From a virus, in IMG/VR virus record IMGVR_UViG_3300040786_000030, positions 1-24,280 of that record: a stretch of 24,280 bases of DNA. One strand, given 5' to 3'. The notes below the pieces were generated by a model. The model had not been told where the DNA came from. It did no database searches and saw only the letters and a program-made list of their open reading frames with translations. How positions within the stretch are numbered: position 1 is the first letter of the stretch; every line of letters begins with the position of its first letter. The position numbers were made by a program, and so were the translations under genes. Below, piece after piece: positions 19,704 to 24,280 of this stretch.

Positions 19704-21758
19704 ATGGCAAATAAAAATTTAACAGTATTCCAAAATTAGGACAAATATTAGGACCTGATGCTGGGACTAAAAGACAAATTCAACAAACACAAAAAATACA
19801 ATATTGGTAGTAGCGAATTATTAAAACCGATAATAAGGCTGAGTTTGACACTGCAAAACTACAAGCACAACAAAGCAAATATCTAGGTCAAGTTTGGAAA
19901 AAGTCGAAAATGGATTATTCCAACAGTCTATGAATTATGAGACAACTCGAATTGGTTCTTACTCTGATTTTGAAGCTATGGAGTTTTACCTACGATAGCC
20001 GCAGCATTAGATGTTATGATGGAAGAATCAACAACACTTAATTCACATGGTAAAATGCTTAACATATATTCTGATAGTAAACGTGTTAAAACAATATTAG
20101 AAGATTTATTTTTCAATAGGTTAGACTTACATACATCATTACCAATGTTTACAAGAAACACTTGTAAATATGGTGATAATTTTGTCTATTTAAATATTGA
20201 TGAAACACATGGTGTTTTAGGTGGTAAACAAATGCCAAACTATGAAATGGAAAGACGAGAGACTGGTCTTTTGATATGATATCTGGTAGAGAAATGGTTA
20301 ACAGTAATGATGAAGAAACTTCTGGTGATAAAGTAAAATTCTTTTGGAGAGGTCGTGATATCGAATTTAACTCATGGATGATTGCACATTTTAGATTATT
20401 AGGTGACGATAGAAGATTACCATATGGTACCAGTGTATTAGAAAAAGCTAGACGTATATGGAAACAATTAATTTTATCTGAAGATTCAATGTTAGTTTAT
20501 CGTGTAACTAGAGCACCAGAAAGACGTGTATATAAAATATTTGTCGGTAATATTGATGATGCTGATGTTGAAGCTTATGTAAATACAATCGCTGATAGAT
20601 TTAAGCGTATGCCGATTACTGACCCACAAACTGGTCAAATCGATTTAAGATATAACATGATGTCAAATGACCAAGATTTTTCATCCCAGTTAGAACTGAA
20701 GATGCACCTAACCCTATTGATGTATTGCCTGGTGCTAGTAATTTAGACCAAATTGCAGATATAGAATACTTACAAAGAAACTTATTTACAGCTCTTAGAG
20801 TACCAAAACCATTTTAGGATTTGATGATGCTGTAGGTGATGGTAAGAACCTTGCAATACAAGATATTCGTTTTCTAGAACAATTAATAGAATACAACAAT
20901 CAATGATTCAAGAACTTAATAAAATTGCTATTATACATCTTTATATTTTAGGGTTTGAAGATGATTTAGATAATTTTACACTTACATTAAATAACCCTTC
21001 AACCCAAGCTGAAATGCTTAAAGTAGAACACACTCAATTAAAAGTTACATTATTTAAAGACGCTACTAGTGATTTAGGTAATGGTTTTGCAACAATGTCT
21101 ATGACACGTGGACATAGAGAAATTATGGGTTGGTCTGACGATGAAATTAAACAAGATTTGCTTGAGCAAAGAATGGAAAAAGCTGCTGGTAATGAATTAG
21201 CTAATACCAGTAGTGTGATTAAACATACTGGTATGTTTGATAATGTAGATAGATTATATGGTGATTTTGATATGGCCCTTAAAGGTGGTTCTGCCAGTGA
21301 AGATGGCGGTGAAGATGGCGGTGCACTTGGTGGTGGTGGTGGCGCTTCATTCGGTGGCGGTGGTATCGGTGGTGAAGATTTAGATTTTAGCGATGAAGAA
21401 CCAACTGAAGGTGAAGAAGCATCATTAGAAGGTGGTGAGATACCAGCTGAAGGTGGTGAAGCACCAGATGAAACTAATTGATAATAGTGAAGTACCAGCT
21501 GAACCAGCATCTGTTTCAGAATATGTTAATAAAACTGAAAAAATTATTAAAGAACAAAACATATTTTAACTAAGAAATTAGAAGATAGAAAAATAAATAT
21601 AGAAACATCTATTTTGATAAGCTACTTGAATCTATTAAGCCTAGTGATGTAATTACTGAAAATAAAACGATAAAGTTAAATTTTACGATAAGACGATTAC
21701 CGTAAATGAAGAAATAAATAATATGATAAAGGGTATTGATAAAATATTAGACGAATAA
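19704..21758 (+). CDS. Portal protein (T4 gp20-like) with a long acidic/Gly-rich C-terminal extension (frameshifted)
   Basis: YSDFEAME..P.IAAALD, CKYGDNF, IAHFRLLGDDRRLPYGTSVLEKARRIWKQL, EDSMLVYRVTRAPERRVYKIFVGN, LPGASNLDQIADIEYLQRNLFTALRVPK, QDIRF; directly follows terL. Confidence 0.9.
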
Positions 21759-21777
21759 AACTTTTGGGAAAATAATG

Positions 21778-21785
21778 ATATTTAT
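21778..21785 (+). promoter_or_regulatory. Putative late promoter ATATTTAT
   Basis: Intergenic, 15 nt upstream of ATG 21801. Confidence 0.5.
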
Positions 21786-21800
21786 TATTAAACATATAAA

Positions 21801-22575
21801 ATGCAAAATTTTGGGAAATAAAAAACAGATTTAACGGTTTATTAGCTGAAAGTTTAGTGACTAAAAATAACATCAGTAAAGGGTTATTTAAAAACTATCT
21901 TAAAACTATTAAAGAAAGTGATATACTAAAGACACAATTTTAATTTATAATAGTATTGAAAACAAAATAAGTGATGATAGTTTTAGCGATAATCTTTTCG
22001 TAAACGAATCACTAAAACTATTAGAAAAATATAAAATTAGTGATATAGTAAAAGAAAATAAAAACTAGTAACCTTGTTTAATAACTTTGATACGGGTATT
22101 AAAGAGACATATGATACAAGGTTATCTAATTTACATAAAGCATTATCAACATTAATTTTAACAAAAAAATCACCGACAAGTGTTGGTGTAGTGGTTGAGA
22201 ATTTAAAGGGGTATTAGAATATATTAGAGAGAATAAACTAAAAGAAGTAACAGAAGCAATTAATTTACCAAATAGCTTGCTCTCTTCAATTATGGTAGAT
22301 ACTTATAATAGTAGATATTCAGATTTAAACGAATCTGATAAAAAACACTTAAAATACTTATTAACTCTACTGATATAGAAAAGAAAGAACTTTATAGTAG
22401 TTTAGTTAAAGAATGTATTACATTAATTGACGAAAACCTTAAAACTTCTGATTTAGAAGCTAAAGAAAAACTATTAATGGTTAAAGATAAATTATTAAAT
22501 AAAGTTTCAGAAGTATCTGAAGATTTTAATAAAGATATTTCAAAATTAATTGATTTAAGGGGTAACCTTAGTTAA
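21801..22575 (+). CDS. Hypothetical helical protein downstream of the portal (~258 aa, frameshifted, missed by the ORF track)
   Basis: MQNFGKIKNRFNGLLAESLV...LFKNYLKTIKESDILKTQF..YNSIENK...YNSRYSDLNESDKK...EKLLMVKDKLL...KLIDLRGNLS-stop. Confidence 0.7.
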
Positions 22576-22593
22576 TGATTAAATATTAGTATT

Positions 22594-22805
22594 ATGAATA
22601 ATGTTCCAAGTAAATACATAAAGAGATTACGAATTTTAACAGATGAAATGTGTAACACTAATGATAAAATTTTACTCAAAGAGTTAAAACAAATTATAGA
22701 GTTATCACAAAGTGAGATAAGTAAAAAAATAACACTTAAGTCAAAACTTAAAATTATGAATTATTATGTATAACAATAACGAAATTATTACAAACATTAG
22801 ATTAA
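22594..22805 (+). CDS. Small hypothetical protein (~70 aa)
   Basis: MNNVPSKYIKRLRILTDEMCNTNDKILLKELKQIIELSQSEI...; its stop abuts ATG 22806. Confidence 0.5.
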
Positions 22806-23147
22806 ATGTCAGAAGAAAAAGATACTTGGGCTGAATATAGTAAATTAGTCCTTAAAGAATTAGAACGATTAAACGATAACCATGAAAGAATGCGTAGTGA
22901 TTTTGACAATAGATTTAATGAAATAAACACAAAATTGAGTGAAGTTAAAACATTAGAAAAAACATACAACTTAATATTAACTGGATTGATAAAGTTAATG
23001 AGGTATGGTCACCAAGTCAAATGAAAGAGGCAAAGAATGAAATATACAGACAAAAAAAGTATAATAGCCGCAGCAATCGCTATAATAACATTTGTCCAAA
23101 TAATCATCGGTATTGGGATATCAATTTGGAGTCATCTTTGGAAATAA
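22806..23147 (+). CDS. Coiled-coil protein with a C-terminal transmembrane helix (holin/XhlA-like architecture)
   Basis: MSEEKDTWAEYSKLVLKELERLND...WIDKVNEVWSPSQMKEAKNEIYRQK.IIAAAIAIITFVQIIIGIGISIWSHLWK, rebuilt across two indels. Function is inferred from architecture only. Confidence 0.55.
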
Positions 23148-23152
23148 GGGTA

Positions 23153-23182
23153 TTGACTTCCTGGTTTATTTTACTATATTTG
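23153..23182 (+). promoter_or_regulatory. Bacteroidota primary-sigma promoter TTG-N19-TATATTTG
   Basis: TTG 23153-23155 and TATATTTG 23175-23182, 17 nt upstream of ATG 23200. Confidence 0.7.
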
Positions 23183-23199
23183 TATATAAACCAGTTAAT

Positions 23200-23647
23200 A
23201 TGAAAAACGGAAAAGAATTAAAACCAATAGCTTTAGAAATTATAATGTAGTTTTTGGTAGTATTAATAATAAACACTCAAAAGCAGTTTATATCAATATT
23301 TCAGCGTGGGCTGAACCGCAACATAACGAACAAATTGCTTATACTAGAGTAATTAAAGATATAAATAAAAAAGTTAAACAAACACTATTTAATCTTTTGA
23401 TACCATAGATGAATACGATATTAAAAAAACAACACTATTGTTGATTTAGATATTAGGAGTCAGGAATAAGATACGGTAAACGCAGTTTCATTAATTGTGA
23501 AATAACAATCTTTTAAATAGTGAAATACCTGTTAATTCTGAAAATATGAAAGATAAATTAGAAAACATTACACAATCCTTAATCAATTCTAGTTTTGATA
23601 ATAATAAAATATTTAAATTTTACAAGAAAAATTATAAAAAACTATAA
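23200..23647 (+). CDS. Hypothetical phage protein (~148 aa, frameshifted)
   Basis: MKNGKELK...YNVVFGSINNKHSKAVYINISAWAEP...IVDLDIR.SGIRYGKRSFINCEITI...FKFYKK; has its own promoter and terminator. Confidence 0.7.
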
Positions 23648-23655
23648 TATAATAT

Positions 23656-23684
23656 AACCCTCTATCGAAAGATAGAGGGTTTTT
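23656..23684 (+). terminator. Intrinsic terminator
   Basis: Perfect 11-bp stem AACCCTCTATC-GAAA-GATAGAGGGTT with a GNRA loop, followed by TTT. Confidence 0.9.
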
Positions 23685-23695
23685 AGTTTATCAAC

Positions 23696-23703
23696 ATATT
23701 TAT
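23696..23703 (+). promoter_or_regulatory. Putative late promoter ATATTTAT upstream of the prohead protease
   Basis: Lies between the terminator and ATG 23723. Confidence 0.55.
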
Positions 23704-23722
23704 ATCTATATATAAATAACTA

Positions 23723-24280
23723 ATGGATATAAATTATAAAGACTTTAAAGTATTAAAACGTGGACAATCAGGTTGGGTGGATTAATTGAACATGACGCTG
23801 GTTATATTAGTCCAGATGAACCAAGAAACCAACCATTCATAAATGAAATAAAAAAAATTAGAAAGTGGTAAACTAGTAATAATAGAACCACTTGTTGTTT
23901 ATGTTGTATTACAAAAATACGGAATACTTAACCGTAATGGTAGAATTTACCCTGAAAGTGTACTTAGAAAACAAAATGATTTATACCAACAAGCAATTAG
24001 AGAACGTAGAGCTGTAGGTGAATTAGACCACCCAGAATCTTCAGTTATAGCTGGTGATAGAATATCTCACAATATTACCGAAACATGGTGGGAAAACCAT
24101 ACACTTATGGGTAAAATGGAAATTCTTATGAGTCCTGGATATATTAATTTTGGTATTATATCATGTAAAGGTGATAATGTTGCCGATTTATTAAGACATA
24201 GAATTAAAATTGGTGTTTCTTCTAGAGGTGTTGGTTCTTTAAAGAGGCTAGGAATGGTGACCAAATAGTTCAAGATGATT
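23723..24280 (+). CDS. Prohead core protease (T4 gp21-like), truncated by the window end, missed by the ORF track
   Basis: VLQKYGILNRNGRIYPESVL, AVGELDHPE, ISHNI (catalytic His region), KIGVSSRGVGSL (catalytic Ser motif). Confidence 0.92.

Noticed and set aside
21034-21510. 158-aa minus-strand Pro/Ser-rich ORF
   Set aside because: Antisense shadow of the Gly/Glu-rich portal tail; no independent signals.
15507-24273. Minus-strand ORFs at 15507, 16061, 17744, 18854, 19368, 19976 and 24067
   Set aside because: All lie opposite well-supported + strand genes and have no recognisable motifs.
1-24280. Widespread pseudogenisation (nearly every gene is frameshifted)
   Set aside because: Breaks are mostly 1-2 base losses in homopolymers and hit essential genes (terL, portal, thyA, protease) whose catalytic motifs are intact. 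This is the pattern of uncorrected long-read error, not decay.
1-24280. Stop-codon reassignment (TAG or TGA recoding as in some large phages)
   Set aside because: Interrupted genes resume in a different frame rather than reading through in-frame stops. For example GGGTGAGAAT at ~14333 is explained by lost Gs, not TGA=Trp.

Overview
AT-rich segment of a large T4-like (jumbo-type) tailed phage genome, probably infecting a Bacteroidota host (TTG-N19/20-TAnnTTTG promoters, no Shine-Dalgarno motifs). The sequence has many small indels, mostly in homopolymers, which look like uncorrected long-read errors. The ORF track therefore splits most genes, and I rebuilt them by reading across frames; many gene ends are approximate. 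Left to right: 3' end of a 14-aa-repeat fibre/adhesin gene; an ABC-ATPase + Mom-like GNAT gene; two minus-strand genes (DUF5661-like, and Zn-ribbon + HExxH); ClpC; a KTSC protein; a thymidylate synthase with insertions, one of them a UVR-like coiled coil; a PKD + DUF285/BspA-like repeat protein whose promoter and N-terminal ~70 aa duplicate a downstream small gene; several hypothetical, probably virion, genes; an intein-containing terminase large subunit; a gp20-like portal; a holin-like membrane protein; and a gp21-like prohead protease cut by the window end. The best leads are the duplicated anchor-plus-variable-repeat cassette, the UVR motif in ThyA near a UVR-bearing ClpC, two candidate programmed frameshifts and a recurrent ATATTTAT late-promoter motif.
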